A stretch of DNA of 64,000 nt from Candidatus Spongiisociaceae bacterium (lineage in GTDB: Bacteria > Actinomycetota > Acidimicrobiia > Spongiisociales > Spongiisociaceae): the NCBI GenBank assembly GCA_965262915.1, contig OZ253564.1, positions 2,208,001-2,272,000 on the forward strand. The letters run 5' to 3'. A model generated the notes under the pieces. That model saw only the letters and a list, made by a program, of their open reading frames with translations. It made no database searches and was not told the origin of the DNA. The stretch's first letter is position 1, and the number at the start of each line of letters is the position of its first letter. Shown here in pieces: positions 1-9,497 of the stretch. The translations under genes and the position numbers were made by a program.

Positions 1-21
1 GGCACCTGGCACCTGGCAACC
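1..21. repeat. Heptamer tandem repeat (GGCACCT)n, cut by the window edge
   Basis: ggcacct-ggcacct-ggcaacc just past the BtpA stop; the reverse-complement unit (aggtgcc) recurs near 56121-56134. Confidence 0.5.
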
Positions 22-23
22 GG

Positions 24-794
24 TCAGCGTGCGGCTTTGACCAGCGCGGCGGCCCTCGTGGGATCCACCGGCCGGTGGACATCCCCCATCTCTTTGATGT
101 CCGTTCCCACGATCACGCCTTCAACCACGCCGGCCAAGCCTGCGAGACGGTCCGCGGTGACACCGGATCCCACCAGGAGCCTGGCACCCGGCACCGCCGC
201 CCTCACCCGCTGGATCAGTGCCCACTCGGCCGGCCGCCCGGTGGCCGGCCCTGACACGATCAGTGCGTCGGCCATGGCCCGGTACCGGAGATCGGCTGCC
301 GCCTCCTCGATCCTCAGTCCAGGCGGGGGAGTGGCGTGCTTGACGAACACGTCGGCCAGCACGTCGATTTCTGGGCCGATCGAAGCCTTCAACCGGGTGA
401 GGTGAGCGGCCTTCCCCTCTATGAGCCCCTGATCCGTGTACATGGTGCCCGAGAGGACGTTGACGCGGATGAACCGGGCCTCGCACGCCGCGGCAATCGA
501 CAGCGCGGCGATGGCATCGTTGCGCAAGACATTGACGCCGACCGGCAGATCGACCGCGTCCCGGATCGCCGCCACCACCCGCGCCAGGGCTGCCACGGTG
601 GTATCAGGGACATCGTCGGGAAAGTAGGGAACGTCGCCGTAGTTCTCCACCAGGACGGCGTCGAAGCCCGCGTTCTGCAGGGTGGTCGCATCGTCGACCG
701 CTCGCCGGACCACCCGTCCCATGGGAGGCCGGTAACGCGGGGAACCCGGGAGGGCCCCCACGTGGACCATCCCGATGAGTTGGAGGGATGCCAT
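24..794 (-). CDS. BtpA/SgcQ family TIM-barrel protein
   Basis: IGMVH..LPGSP, ENYGDVPY, GVNVLRND, ADVFVKHA motifs. Confidence 0.9.
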   Translation of the reverse strand: MASLQLIGMVHVGALPGSPRYRPPMGRVVRRAVDDATTLQNAGFDAVLVENYGDVPYFPDDVPDTTVAALARVVAAIRDAVDLPVGVNVLRNDAIAALSIAAACEARFIRVNVLSGTMYTDQGLIEGKAAHLTRLKASIGPEIDVLADVFVKHATPPPGLRIEEAAADLRYRAMADALIVSGPATGRPAEWALIQRVRAAVPGARLLVGSGVTADRLAGLAGVVEGVIVGTDIKEMGDVHRPVDPTRAAALVKAAR

Positions 795-1531
795 CAGTAG
801 ATGCGCATCACCTGCAGGGCCGCCTCGGCTTCCTCGCCCTTGACGATCAGGTTCTCGGCATCATCGGGGTGGAGTCGCTGTACTGCTACTCGGCAAATCT
901 CGCCCGCCGGGCCGCGGATGACCTGGCCGGTGCCCTCGGGGCCGACGGTGTACTTGGCGTACAAGGGACCGATTCCCTCGATGCGGACCGGAACCTCGTA
1001 CTCGTAACCGGCCTGCTCGAATGCCCAGGGAAGGGTCTTCTGGGTGAGCACGACGATGTGGCGCAGGCGGTCCGTGTCCTGTGACTCCTCGCCGATGGCG
1101 GCATGGATGTCGAGCCCGTGCGCCCATGTCTCGGCCAGCCGCAGGGTGGCGAAGCTACGGGCCGACATCTCGCTGAAGAACCAGGGAACCCTGTCGCGGG
1201 CCGAGGCGTGACTCAGGGCGTCGACCACCGTGGCCCTGCCGAGGCGCCACCACTCGATGACGTCCTGGGGACGCATCTGCCGTCCTCGCTCGACACCGGA
1301 CTGGGTGAAGTCGTCGAACGTCTCGTAGTCGTCGACGTCGTCGATCATCGATCCGTCTTCCGCCAAAGCGTTATAGGCGTACTCCTCAGTGTGGGCGAGA
1401 TGGGAGATCGTGTCGCGGATGTCCCACTCCTCGGAGGGGGTGAGCGCGGTCCAATTGCGTACCTTCACGCGCTGGAGGCACTGGTCGAGTTGTTGCTGTT
1501 CCGCTACCAGATCGGACAGTATTTCCCGCAC
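794..1531 (-). CDS. Maleylpyruvate isomerase family (MDMPI/DinB-like) mycothiol-dependent enzyme
   Basis: TPSEEWDIRDTISHLA and ETWAHGLDI metal-binding His motifs; 1-nt overlap with the BtpA gene. Confidence 0.85.
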   Translation of the reverse strand: MREILSDLVAEQQQLDQCLQRVKVRNWTALTPSEEWDIRDTISHLAHTEEYAYNALAEDGSMIDDVDDYETFDDFTQSGVERGRQMRPQDVIEWWRLGRATVVDALSHASARDRVPWFFSEMSARSFATLRLAETWAHGLDIHAAIGEESQDTDRLRHIVVLTQKTLPWAFEQAGYEYEVPVRIEGIGPLYAKYTVGPEGTGQVIRGPAGEICRVAVQRLHPDDAENLIVKGEEAEAALQVMRIY

Positions 1532-1742
1532 CCGCGTTAGTCTACTATGCCCGATCCGCCACTAATCCGGTTCCGGGAGATTATTGAGACGAGCGATAGC
1601 CCGGGTGTTGAATCTTCGAGGCAGTTCGGCCGCCCCGGCACGGTTCTCCTCCGGGTATCCACCGCATCCACAACCGGGTGACCCACTGACCGCGGGATCC
1701 ATGGTGACCTTTCCCGTACCGGCCCACTCCGCGGACCTTCGC

Positions 1743-2816
1743 TCAGTTGGGGAGCGGCCGGGGTAGCGGACCCTCGAATCCGGGCGTTGGGTACACGAAG
1801 CCGTTTAGCCGGTCGAAGAGGCGACGCAGCCGCCCGACGCTCCGCCGGTTGAAGGCCAATCCCACCCGTGCACAGTCGAGAGCGTCCCCATCGCGGACTT
1901 CGCTCTCGTGGGGATCGACCCGTTCGATACGACCTACGGTGACAATATCGGCGAACTCCTCGTTGAGCATGCCGATCTGGCGGTCGGTGGGTGCGTGTCT
2001 GAGGCGGATGATCAGCCGGCCCTGGACGTATCGCTGGGAGTGGTAGTTGGCATAGAACCGGCATATCTCGTCGGCTGCCTCGTCGACGTCTCCGGTGATC
2101 CTGTACAGGTCGAGGTCCTCGGGGCTGATCATGCCGTGCCCGAGCAGGCGCTCGCTCACGAACCGCTGCCATGCGGGCCAGTAGGAGTCCCCGGACTCCA
2201 TGAGGACGATCGGTTGGATGGGCGCCTTTCCGGTCTGGACCAGCGTGAGCAACTCGAATGCTTCGTCCATGGTGCCGAAGCCGCCGGGGAAGATGGCGAA
2301 GGCATGCGATTCCTTGACGAAGCCGAGCTTGCGGGTGAAGAAGTACTTGAAGTTGATGAGCCGGCTGTCGGGGACGTAGGGGTTGGCATGGGCCTCGAAC
2401 GGGAGCCGGATGTTGACGCCGAAGGAGCCCTCGCGGCCTGCCCCGCGATTGCCGGCCTCCATGATCCCCGGGCCTGCGCCGGTGACCACCATCCATCCCC
2501 GGCGTCTCCACATGTGCCGGGCGAAATCATGAGCAAGCCGGTAATCCGGATGGTCGGGTGCCGTCCGGGCCGACCCGAAGATGGTGACCTTGGGTAGGTC
2601 GGCGTAGGCCCGGAACACCCTCGACGAATAGCGCATCTCCTTGAGTGCGCTGTTGAAGAGCTTCAACTCCCCGCGGTCGGGCCGGTCGCGGTGGAGCTTC
2701 AGGGCCGTGGTCATCAACTCGGCGATCAGATCCGGGTTGCTACCGTCCCCGGCCCGGCGGATGAGGTCGGCGATCCTGCGGTCGAGGTCCGCGTTTCCCA
2801 TTTCGTATCGGGCCAT
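1743..2816 (-). CDS. LOG family nucleotide 5'-monophosphate nucleosidase (long form)
   Basis: FGSART, TGAGPGIMEA, FKYFFTRK, PGGFGTMDE; start taken at MARYEMG (2816). Confidence 0.9.
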   Translation of the reverse strand: MARYEMGNADLDRRIADLIRRAGDGSNPDLIAELMTTALKLHRDRPDRGELKLFNSALKEMRYSSRVFRAYADLPKVTIFGSARTAPDHPDYRLAHDFARHMWRRRGWMVVTGAGPGIMEAGNRGAGREGSFGVNIRLPFEAHANPYVPDSRLINFKYFFTRKLGFVKESHAFAIFPGGFGTMDEAFELLTLVQTGKAPIQPIVLMESGDSYWPAWQRFVSERLLGHGMISPEDLDLYRITGDVDEAADEICRFYANYHSQRYVQGRLIIRLRHAPTDRQIGMLNEEFADIVTVGRIERVDPHESEVRDGDALDCARVGLAFNRRSVGRLRRLFDRLNGFVYPTPGFEGPLPRPLPN

Positions 2817-2942
2817 GGCCGGTAGAGTAACGGGGTCCTGTCCCTCGGGAGATCGAGACGGCATTGTTCTTCCCGGCTCGGACCGTCGGGGATCCCGGAC
2901 TCCTTTCCGGCTACCTGCTCGGCCTGCGATGATGCTTCCCAT

Positions 2943-5135
2943 ATGAACATCGAATTCGACGGAACCGAGGTTGCGTTCGACGAGGGCGACTCGGTGTTCA
3001 CCGCCGTGTGGCGGGCCGGGTTGCGACCCTGGGGCGGATGTCTGTGCGCGGAGGGGGACTGTCCCTACTGCCTGATCACCGTGGACGGTATCTCGTACCG
3101 GCGCGCCTGCCGGACACCCGCCGAGGACGGTGTGTCTGCTGTCTCCCATCCCGGCGACGGTTACCCACCCCTGCCGTCGGGTCACGGGGAGACGGAGGTC
3201 GGCTTCGAGATGATCCACTGCGACACGGTCGTGATCGGGCAGGGCCGTTCGGGTAGGGCGGCTGCTTCGAGAGCAAGGGAGCAGGACCGCCGGGTGGTCA
3301 CCCTCGACTCACGAATGGGGCGCCACGCGGTGGGCGTGTACCCGGGTCCCGAAGTGGTCGCCCGGACCCCGAAAGGCATGGCCCGGATCTTCTGCGTCGA
3401 CGTCGTGGTCGCTACCGGTGTGGTCGAGGTCCAGCCGGTCTGCCCGGGTAACCAACTGGCCGGCATATTGACCAAGCGGGCGTCCGAGCGGCTGGCGGCT
3501 GCTGGAGTCGGGCTGGGGAGGGCGGTGGCGGTCGGTTCTCCCCCGGAGGGGGTCGAGTGCGAGCGGTCCGAGGGAAGGCTGGTGCGGTTCGAGGGGGGAG
3601 GATCGGTCCGGGCGGTGGTGACGGCCGATGACCACACGGGTGTCGAACGCGTCTATCACTGCGACACCGCGGTGGTGGGGTTGGGCACCGGGCCGCGCGA
3701 CACTCTCGCCCGGATGGCATCGGGTATCCCAGGCGTGCGGACGGCGGGAGGCGCGGCCGGCGATCTCGAGCAGCCGCCCGTTCCGGAGGTGGGCATCGTC
3801 TGTCCGTGCTCGGGTGTCACCGTGGACGATCTGCATTCCGTGTGGGACCGGGGATTTCACGAGTTGGAGCTGATCAAACGGTCCACATTGGCCGGAACCG
3901 GTGTGTGCCAGGGTGCGGTGTGCATGCCGCACGTTCGCAGTTTCGTAGCCGCCGGCGATGCGGAATTGCCGCCATCCTTCACAGCGCGCCCGGTGGCCAC
4001 CCAGATCACTATGGGGGAGGCGGCAGCCGGTTGGTACCACCCCGCCGATCGCCGGACCGCCCTCCACGAGCAGCATCTGGCGTTGGATGCCACGATGGAG
4101 CGGGTCGGCGGTTGGTACCGGCCCTGGACCTACGGTGATCCCGACGGCGAGTACTGGGCGGTGCGGGGCATGGTGTCGATCTGCGACGTGAGCACCCTGG
4201 GCAAGTTCCTCGTCTCGGGTCCGGACGCGGTGGAGTTCCTGGAGCGTACCTACCCGACCCCCATCGCCACCATCCGGCCCGGTCGAGCCAAGTACGTGCT
4301 GGCACTCGACGAGCGGGGTTATGTCTTCGACGACGGAATCGTGTGCCGGGAGGCCGAGACCCGGTTCTTCCTCACCTTCAACTCGGCGGGGGCCGACCAC
4401 GCGGAGATGTGGTTGCGTGATTGGGCCGAGACGTGGCGGATGGACGTCCGGATCCTTGACCGGACCGCCTCGTGGGGGGCGATCAACGTCACGGGTCCGT
4501 TGTCCGACGAGCTCCTCGCCAGAGTCGGGGTGACCGATCCGCCGTCCTTCATGAGCCATAGACCGATGGAGGTGGCCGGCGTGGCCTGCCGGGTGCTACG
4601 GCTGAGCTTCACTGGCGAGCGCTCCTACGAGCTTCACCACCAGGCAGGAGACTCGGTCCGTTTGTGGTCATCCCTGATGGAAGGGGGGAGCCGCCTCGGG
4701 GTACGGCCCCACGGCCTGGAAGTGCTGGAGGAGCTGCGCCTCGACAAGGGCCACATCCTGGTGGGGGTGGACAGTCTCCCCGACTCCACCCCTCGCCGTC
4801 TGGGTCATGACTGGGCGGTTCGGATGGACAAGGGGGATTTCGTCGGCCGCCGAGCGGTGTCCAGGACCTCGCGGTCGCCCTTGGACAAGCTCCTGGTGGG
4901 CCTGGAGATGGAAGGCTCGCCCCCTCCGCGCGGCGCCATCATGCGGGTGGGAGGGGACTATGCGGGATTCGTGACCTCCGGCGCCCGCTCCCGGGTGCTC
5001 GACAAGTCGATCATGCTGGCCTGGCTGTATGCGATCGACGACAGGTTCGCTGATGAGGTCGCCGTCGACGGACGGACCGCCCGGCGGGTCCCGCTGCCCT
5101 TCTACGACCCGGAGCACACCCGTGCCCGTGGCTGA
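2943..5135 (+). CDS. Sarcosine-oxidase alpha-like subunit (2Fe-2S + FAD/NAD fold + BFD-like Fe-S + GcvT domains)
   Basis: N-terminal CLCAEGDCPYC; CPC...CQGAVC; GcvT motifs DVSTLGKF, DDG, SFTGERSYELH, LRLDKGH. Confidence 0.85.
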   Translation: MNIEFDGTEVAFDEGDSVFTAVWRAGLRPWGGCLCAEGDCPYCLITVDGISYRRACRTPAEDGVSAVSHPGDGYPPLPSGHGETEVGFEMIHCDTVVIGQGRSGRAAASRAREQDRRVVTLDSRMGRHAVGVYPGPEVVARTPKGMARIFCVDVVVATGVVEVQPVCPGNQLAGILTKRASERLAAAGVGLGRAVAVGSPPEGVECERSEGRLVRFEGGGSVRAVVTADDHTGVERVYHCDTAVVGLGTGPRDTLARMASGIPGVRTAGGAAGDLEQPPVPEVGIVCPCSGVTVDDLHSVWDRGFHELELIKRSTLAGTGVCQGAVCMPHVRSFVAAGDAELPPSFTARPVATQITMGEAAAGWYHPADRRTALHEQHLALDATMERVGGWYRPWTYGDPDGEYWAVRGMVSICDVSTLGKFLVSGPDAVEFLERTYPTPIATIRPGRAKYVLALDERGYVFDDGIVCREAETRFFLTFNSAGADHAEMWLRDWAETWRMDVRILDRTASWGAINVTGPLSDELLARVGVTDPPSFMSHRPMEVAGVACRVLRLSFTGERSYELHHQAGDSVRLWSSLMEGGSRLGVRPHGLEVLEELRLDKGHILVGVDSLPDSTPRRLGHDWAVRMDKGDFVGRRAVSRTSRSPLDKLLVGLEMEGSPPPRGAIMRVGGDYAGFVTSGARSRVLDKSIMLAWLYAIDDRFADEVAVDGRTARRVPLPFYDPEHTRARG

Positions 5136-5529
5136 TCGGTTCGAGCGCCTGGCCGCCACCAGGGTCGTGGCCGACCCGGCGGCTCTCGATGCGGTGGAGG
5201 CTCCGGAAGGCGGTTACGTGATGCGGCCGGCGCCGGACGATCTCCTGGTGCTGCCCGCCGTCAGCCGGATCGATGTTGCCGACCACCATGCCATCATCGA
5301 GCCTGAAGAGGGGTTCTCCGGAGCGTGGTTCGACGAACCGGAGTGGCCTCGGTTGCAAGCGGTTTGTGGGTGGCAGTTCCCCCGGCGCCGTCCGGCCTTC
5401 GCCCAAGGCCACATCGCTGGCATACCGACCAAGCTGTTCTTCACCGAGGGCCGGCTGCTGGTCCTGGTTCCGACGGTTGTGGCACACCATCTGGCCGACC
5501 GCCTCCAGACCGGCGGTCGGCAGGTATGA
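5128..5529 (+). CDS. Putative sarcosine-oxidase gamma-like subunit
   Basis: Coupled between the alpha and beta genes; RPAPDDLLV and FAQGHIAGIP; GTG start estimated. Confidence 0.55.
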   Translation: MADRFERLAATRVVADPAALDAVEAPEGGYVMRPAPDDLLVLPAVSRIDVADHHAIIEPEEGFSGAWFDEPEWPRLQAVCGWQFPRRRPAFAQGHIAGIPTKLFFTEGRLLVLVPTVVAHHLADRLQTGGRQV

Positions 5530-6740
5530 ACGAGTTCATCGAAGCCCATATAGCTCTCACCTGGCAGGATCTGCGGTCTTCGTACGACGTGGTGATCGTG
5601 GGGGGAGGCGGCCACGGTCTCTCGACCGCCTATCATCTCGCAACCCGGCATGGCATCACCAACGTTGCGGTACTGGAACGCGGCTACATCGGATCCGGCA
5701 ATTCCGGTCGCAACACGACGGTCATCAGAGCCAACTACGGCATTCCCGAGGCGGTCCGGTTCTACCAGCGGAGCGTCGATCTCTATTCCAGACTGGAGGA
5801 GGAGACGGGGCGCTGGATAATGCACGATCGCAAGGGCCTGCTCTGGCTGGTCCACGGCGTGCCGGGTACGCGCAACGAGCGGGCCCGCTCGATCATCAAC
5901 CAGGCCTTCGGAGCGGACACCGAGTACGTGACGGCTTCGGAGGTAGGCGAGATCTGCCCGGAGGTGGATCTGAATGCAGGGGGCGGCGAGTACCGCGTTC
6001 TGGGTGGTTCCTACAGCCCCCACGCCGCTACCGCCCGCCACGACCGGGTGGTATGGGCGCTGGCCGAGGGCGCCATGAAGCGGGGCGTGCACGTTCACCA
6101 GCGCACCGCGGTGACCGGGCTCATCAAGTCCGGGAACCGGGTCACGGGAGTACTCACCGACCGGGGACCGGTGTCGGCGGGCATCGTGGTGAGCGCTGTG
6201 GGGGGCCACGTGTCGTCGCTGGCTGCCATGGCCGGCGTGCGGTTACCCATCCGAACCCACCCGCTGCAGGCGTTCGTCACCAACCATTACGCCCGGGCCT
6301 TCCGTCCCATAGTCGCATCGGTGGATCTGGGCTTCTACGTCAGCCAGACTGCCCGGGGAGAGATGCTGGTGGGTGGCGGAATCGACCTGCAGCCGAGCTA
6401 CTCGTACCGTTCCAGCTACGAGTTCCTTTCCTTCTGCTCCCTGTCCGCGGTCACCCTGCTGCCGTTCCTTCGTGACCTCAAAGTCCTGCGCCAGTGGACG
6501 GGGGTGTGTGATATGCCGATCGATATGTCCCCGATCATGGGACGGACCGGAGTGGACGGGTTCCTGGTCACCACCGGCTGGGGAACCTGGGGTTTCAAGG
6601 CGATTCCCGCAGGGGGCGAGCAGATGGCGGAGTTGATCGCCACCGACCGTACCCCCGAGCTGATCGCCCCGTTCTCCCTGAGCCGGTTCAAGTACGATCG
6701 GCTGATGTTCGACCCCGGCTCGACGGGAACCACGCACTGA
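5526..6740 (+). CDS. soxB: Sarcosine oxidase beta-like FAD-dependent subunit
   Basis: YDVVIVGGGGHGLSTAYHLA, GNSGRNTTVIRANY, GWGTWGFKAIP. Confidence 0.85.
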   Translation: MNEFIEAHIALTWQDLRSSYDVVIVGGGGHGLSTAYHLATRHGITNVAVLERGYIGSGNSGRNTTVIRANYGIPEAVRFYQRSVDLYSRLEEETGRWIMHDRKGLLWLVHGVPGTRNERARSIINQAFGADTEYVTASEVGEICPEVDLNAGGGEYRVLGGSYSPHAATARHDRVVWALAEGAMKRGVHVHQRTAVTGLIKSGNRVTGVLTDRGPVSAGIVVSAVGGHVSSLAAMAGVRLPIRTHPLQAFVTNHYARAFRPIVASVDLGFYVSQTARGEMLVGGGIDLQPSYSYRSSYEFLSFCSLSAVTLLPFLRDLKVLRQWTGVCDMPIDMSPIMGRTGVDGFLVTTGWGTWGFKAIPAGGEQMAELIATDRTPELIAPFSLSRFKYDRLMFDPGSTGTTH

Positions 6741-6967
6741 TGGTCCTGCGCCTGGCGTGCCCCCACTGCGGTCCCCGCCCGGTCACCGAATGGGTCTACG
6801 CAGAGGCGCCCGATCCGCCCGACCACCTCACCGACCCCGACGAGCGGGACGTGGACCGCGGGTTCATGATCGGAAACACGGAGGGCGCCAACCAGGAGCG
6901 CTGGTTCCACGCCGGGGGCTGCCGCCGCTGGCACACCATCAGGAGGGATACCACCCTCGACCACTGA
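6740..6967 (+). CDS. soxD: Sarcosine oxidase delta subunit
   Basis: CPHCGPR...ERWFHAGGCRRW zinc motif. Confidence 0.9.
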   Translation: MVLRLACPHCGPRPVTEWVYAEAPDPPDHLTDPDERDVDRGFMIGNTEGANQERWFHAGGCRRWHTIRRDTTLDH

Positions 6968-7004
6968 GCGGGCGGACCGGTGCGTGTCCCCTCTCGCCCA
7001 GACC

Positions 7005-7032
7005 GTCATACGCAGTATTCTTCGTGTATGAC
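7005..7032 (+). promoter_or_regulatory. Inverted repeat, probable TA autoregulatory operator
   Basis: GTCATAC-N14-GTATGAC overlapping the antitoxin ATG; TATTCT -10-like hexamer in the spacer. Confidence 0.55.
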
Positions 7033-7279
7033 AGTATTGAGTTTTCGGATGGCGGCTGAAGAGATAGCCGAGGTGGGCCGTTGGGCAGACCGGCTGGGCG
7101 TCGGGAGGTCGGAGTTCATACGCGAGTCGCTGCGCCGCCATCTCAGGTGGCTGGCGTCGGCGGAGGACGCTGATCGGTGGGAAGAGGAGCCGCTGAGCGC
7201 AGGGGAGTCGGCGCTTGCAGAGATCGCCGACTGGGGAGTGGCAGAGGATTGGTCGGATTGGGACGATGAGACAAGGTGA
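7028..7279 (+). CDS. Ribbon-helix-helix (CopG-like) antitoxin
   Basis: MTVLSFRM...GVGRSEFIRESLRRHL, acidic C-terminus, overlaps the toxin gene. Confidence 0.8.
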   Translation: MTVLSFRMAAEEIAEVGRWADRLGVGRSEFIRESLRRHLRWLASAEDADRWEEEPLSAGESALAEIADWGVAEDWSDWDDETR

Positions 7280-7574
7280 GATCTGGTTCGCGGCTACTCC
7301 CGGCGGAGACCGTCCGGTTCTCGTGCTGACCCGCGATCCGGTTGCCGACCGTATCGGTTCCGTGGTGGTGGCATCGCTCACCAGGACCCGGCGCGGTCTC
7401 GTGTCGGAGTTGTTCTTGACTGCGCACCGGGACGGGATACCCACGGACTGCGTGGTGAACTTCGACAACATCCACACGATCCCGCGCTCGGCCCTCCGCC
7501 GTTTCGTCGCGCAGCTGCCCTCGGATCGGATCATCGAAGCCTGCAGGGTCCTCCGCGACGCCTTGGGGTGTTGA
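7266..7574 (+). CDS. mazF: PemK/MazF family endoribonuclease toxin
   Basis: MRQGEIWF...RPVLVLTRD...VASLT...VVNFDNIHTI. Confidence 0.9.
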   Translation: MRQGEIWFAATPGGDRPVLVLTRDPVADRIGSVVVASLTRTRRGLVSELFLTAHRDGIPTDCVVNFDNIHTIPRSALRRFVAQLPSDRIIEACRVLRDALGC

Positions 7575-7578
7575 ACTT

Positions 7579-8493
7579 CTACGAGATCCCGGCCACCAGC
7601 GACCGGCACACCCCGTCGAGGATGTCGTGGCCGGTCACGGTGATCTCACTCAGCCCGAGAATCCGAAGCGAGGTCTCGGCCACGACGGTGCCGCCGACGA
7701 TGATCGGCGCCCGTTCGGGGTTGAGGGAGGGAATGGCCCGCTTCTCCCCCAGGGTGAGCGAGCCCAGCCACGTGACCATGGCCTCCACGTCCGCGAGGCG
7801 CAGGGTGGCTCCTTCCACTGCCGGGGAGTCGTAGGTGTCGAGGCCGAGGTGCATGGCGGCCAGGCTGGTCCAGGTCCCGGCCGTTCCCATCGCTTTGTCT
7901 CGGCGCGGCAGGTCCGCGGCTCCCATCACACGGGAGGCTTCCCGGCGGGCTGCCGCGAGGTCGCCGGGGGTGGCGGGATGGTTCGGCAGGCATCGCTCGG
8001 TGAGCCGGACGGATCCGATGTCGGTCGACACCCCTCCCTGGTCGGTGACGATCTCGGTGCTTCCTCCACCGACATCGACCACGACCGTGGCGGCGGGGTC
8101 GGGAGCGGATCCGGTTGCTCCGGCGAACACGAGGACCGCCTCCTCCTCGCCTCCGATGATGTCGGGCCGGAACCCCAGGGCGCGCCGGGCTGCCTCGACG
8201 AGCTCGTCCCGGTTGGCGCCGTCGCGCGCCGCCGAGGTCGCCACCGCCCTGGCCGCCTGCACACCCGACTCCCTGATCCGGCTGCCATAGACCGCCAGGA
8301 CGCGGGTGGTGCGCTCCATGGCTCCTGCTGACAGCCGCCCCGAAGTGTCCACGCCCCTACCCAGACCGGTTACCGTCTCGATGCGCTCCACGTCCACGAG
8401 CCCGACCTCGGTCACGTCGGCGATCAGGAGGCGGGTGGAGTTGGTGCCCATGTCCACCGCCGCGACCCGTGTCGCGGCGCGGCGTGCGCTCAA
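7579..8493 (-). CDS. ppx: Ppx/GppA exopolyphosphatase (short Ppx2 type)
   Basis: AAVDMGTNSTRLLI, ATSAARD, GEEEA, DVGGGSTE; TTG start overlaps the MoxR stop. Confidence 0.9.
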   Translation of the reverse strand: MSARRAATRVAAVDMGTNSTRLLIADVTEVGLVDVERIETVTGLGRGVDTSGRLSAGAMERTTRVLAVYGSRIRESGVQAARAVATSAARDGANRDELVEAARRALGFRPDIIGGEEEAVLVFAGATGSAPDPAATVVVDVGGGSTEIVTDQGGVSTDIGSVRLTERCLPNHPATPGDLAAARREASRVMGAADLPRRDKAMGTAGTWTSLAAMHLGLDTYDSPAVEGATLRLADVEAMVTWLGSLTLGEKRAIPSLNPERAPIIVGGTVVAETSLRILGLSEITVTGHDILDGVCRSLVAGIS

Positions 8494-9497
8494 GAGTCGA
8501 ATGCCGGCGCGGCAGGCCCCTTGCGGACGCAAGCCGCCCACACCGTTTCGTAGTGGTCGACGTCGTAGGAGTCGATGTGGGGGAGCACCATCATCTCCCA
8601 TGCGCGCCGCAGCGGGTCCTTGCGGGTGCCGAACATCATCAGGCCGGCAGGGATCCGGTCCAGCACGGTACGCAGGCTGATCGGGGTCTCGACCCGGGTG
8701 CCCGGGTCGGTGGAGAGGAACGAGCTGTTGATCTCGGTGGCCAGGCGGCTGATGTGCTTGACGTAGGGGTCTCGCATCGAGGGATAGCGGCGGACCAGCA
8801 TCGCCTCGATCTCCGAGGAGTCGGGGAACTCCTTTTCCCAGATCACCCACCGGTCGGCGAAGGCCTTGTTGAGGGTCTGGGTGCCGGCGTAGTCGCGCAG
8901 GTCGGTCGGGTTCATGGTTCCGAAGAGGCGCACGTCGTCGCGCAGGGCGACGGACTCGCCGGTGGGGAGGTCGAGGGCCGAGTAACGGTCCAGCAGTCCG
9001 TGGAGGGCGAAGAGGGTCTCGGCGCCCGCCGCGTTGAGCTCGGAGAGGTTGACCAGCGCCGGTCCCCGGAGCGCCCGGGTGATGTCTCCGTCCTCCCAGC
9101 GGCTCTCGGTGCCGCCCATACCGTCCCCGTAGAGCTTCACCGAGCCGATGAGGGTGATGTCCCGTACCTCACCGGTGAGAGGCACCCGGTAGTAGGGGAG
9201 CCGGAGGAGGGCGGCGAACTGCTCGATGTCGTGGTCCTTGCCGGTTCCCATGTGACCCCGTACCGCCAGGTGGAGAGGAACGGTCCCCTCGGGCTTCTCC
9301 CGGCGGATCTTCTCCACTTGGGCGAACCGGTAGAGCATTCCCACGTCGACGTAGTTGGGGTCCGGTTCGGGGATCTTGGCGACGCGCTGGTGATGGTCCC
9401 GCAACCCCACCTCGGGCACCACGAGGGTTTCGAGCTCGATGGGCCGGCCCGCCCCGGTCGGGTCGGTGAAGGTGACTGCTCGCGGGCGTTCAGGCAC
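8490..9497 (-). CDS. MoxR/CbbQ/NorQ-type AAA+ ATPase
   Basis: GHMGTGKD Walker A, WEDGDITRA, TMNP..YAGTQTLNKAFADRW. Confidence 0.85.
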   Translation of the reverse strand: MPERPRAVTFTDPTGAGRPIELETLVVPEVGLRDHHQRVAKIPEPDPNYVDVGMLYRFAQVEKIRREKPEGTVPLHLAVRGHMGTGKDHDIEQFAALLRLPYYRVPLTGEVRDITLIGSVKLYGDGMGGTESRWEDGDITRALRGPALVNLSELNAAGAETLFALHGLLDRYSALDLPTGESVALRDDVRLFGTMNPTDLRDYAGTQTLNKAFADRWVIWEKEFPDSSEIEAMLVRRYPSMRDPYVKHISRLATEINSSFLSTDPGTRVETPISLRTVLDRIPAGLMMFGTRKDPLRRAWEMMVLPHIDSYDVDHYETVWAACVRKGPAAPAFDS

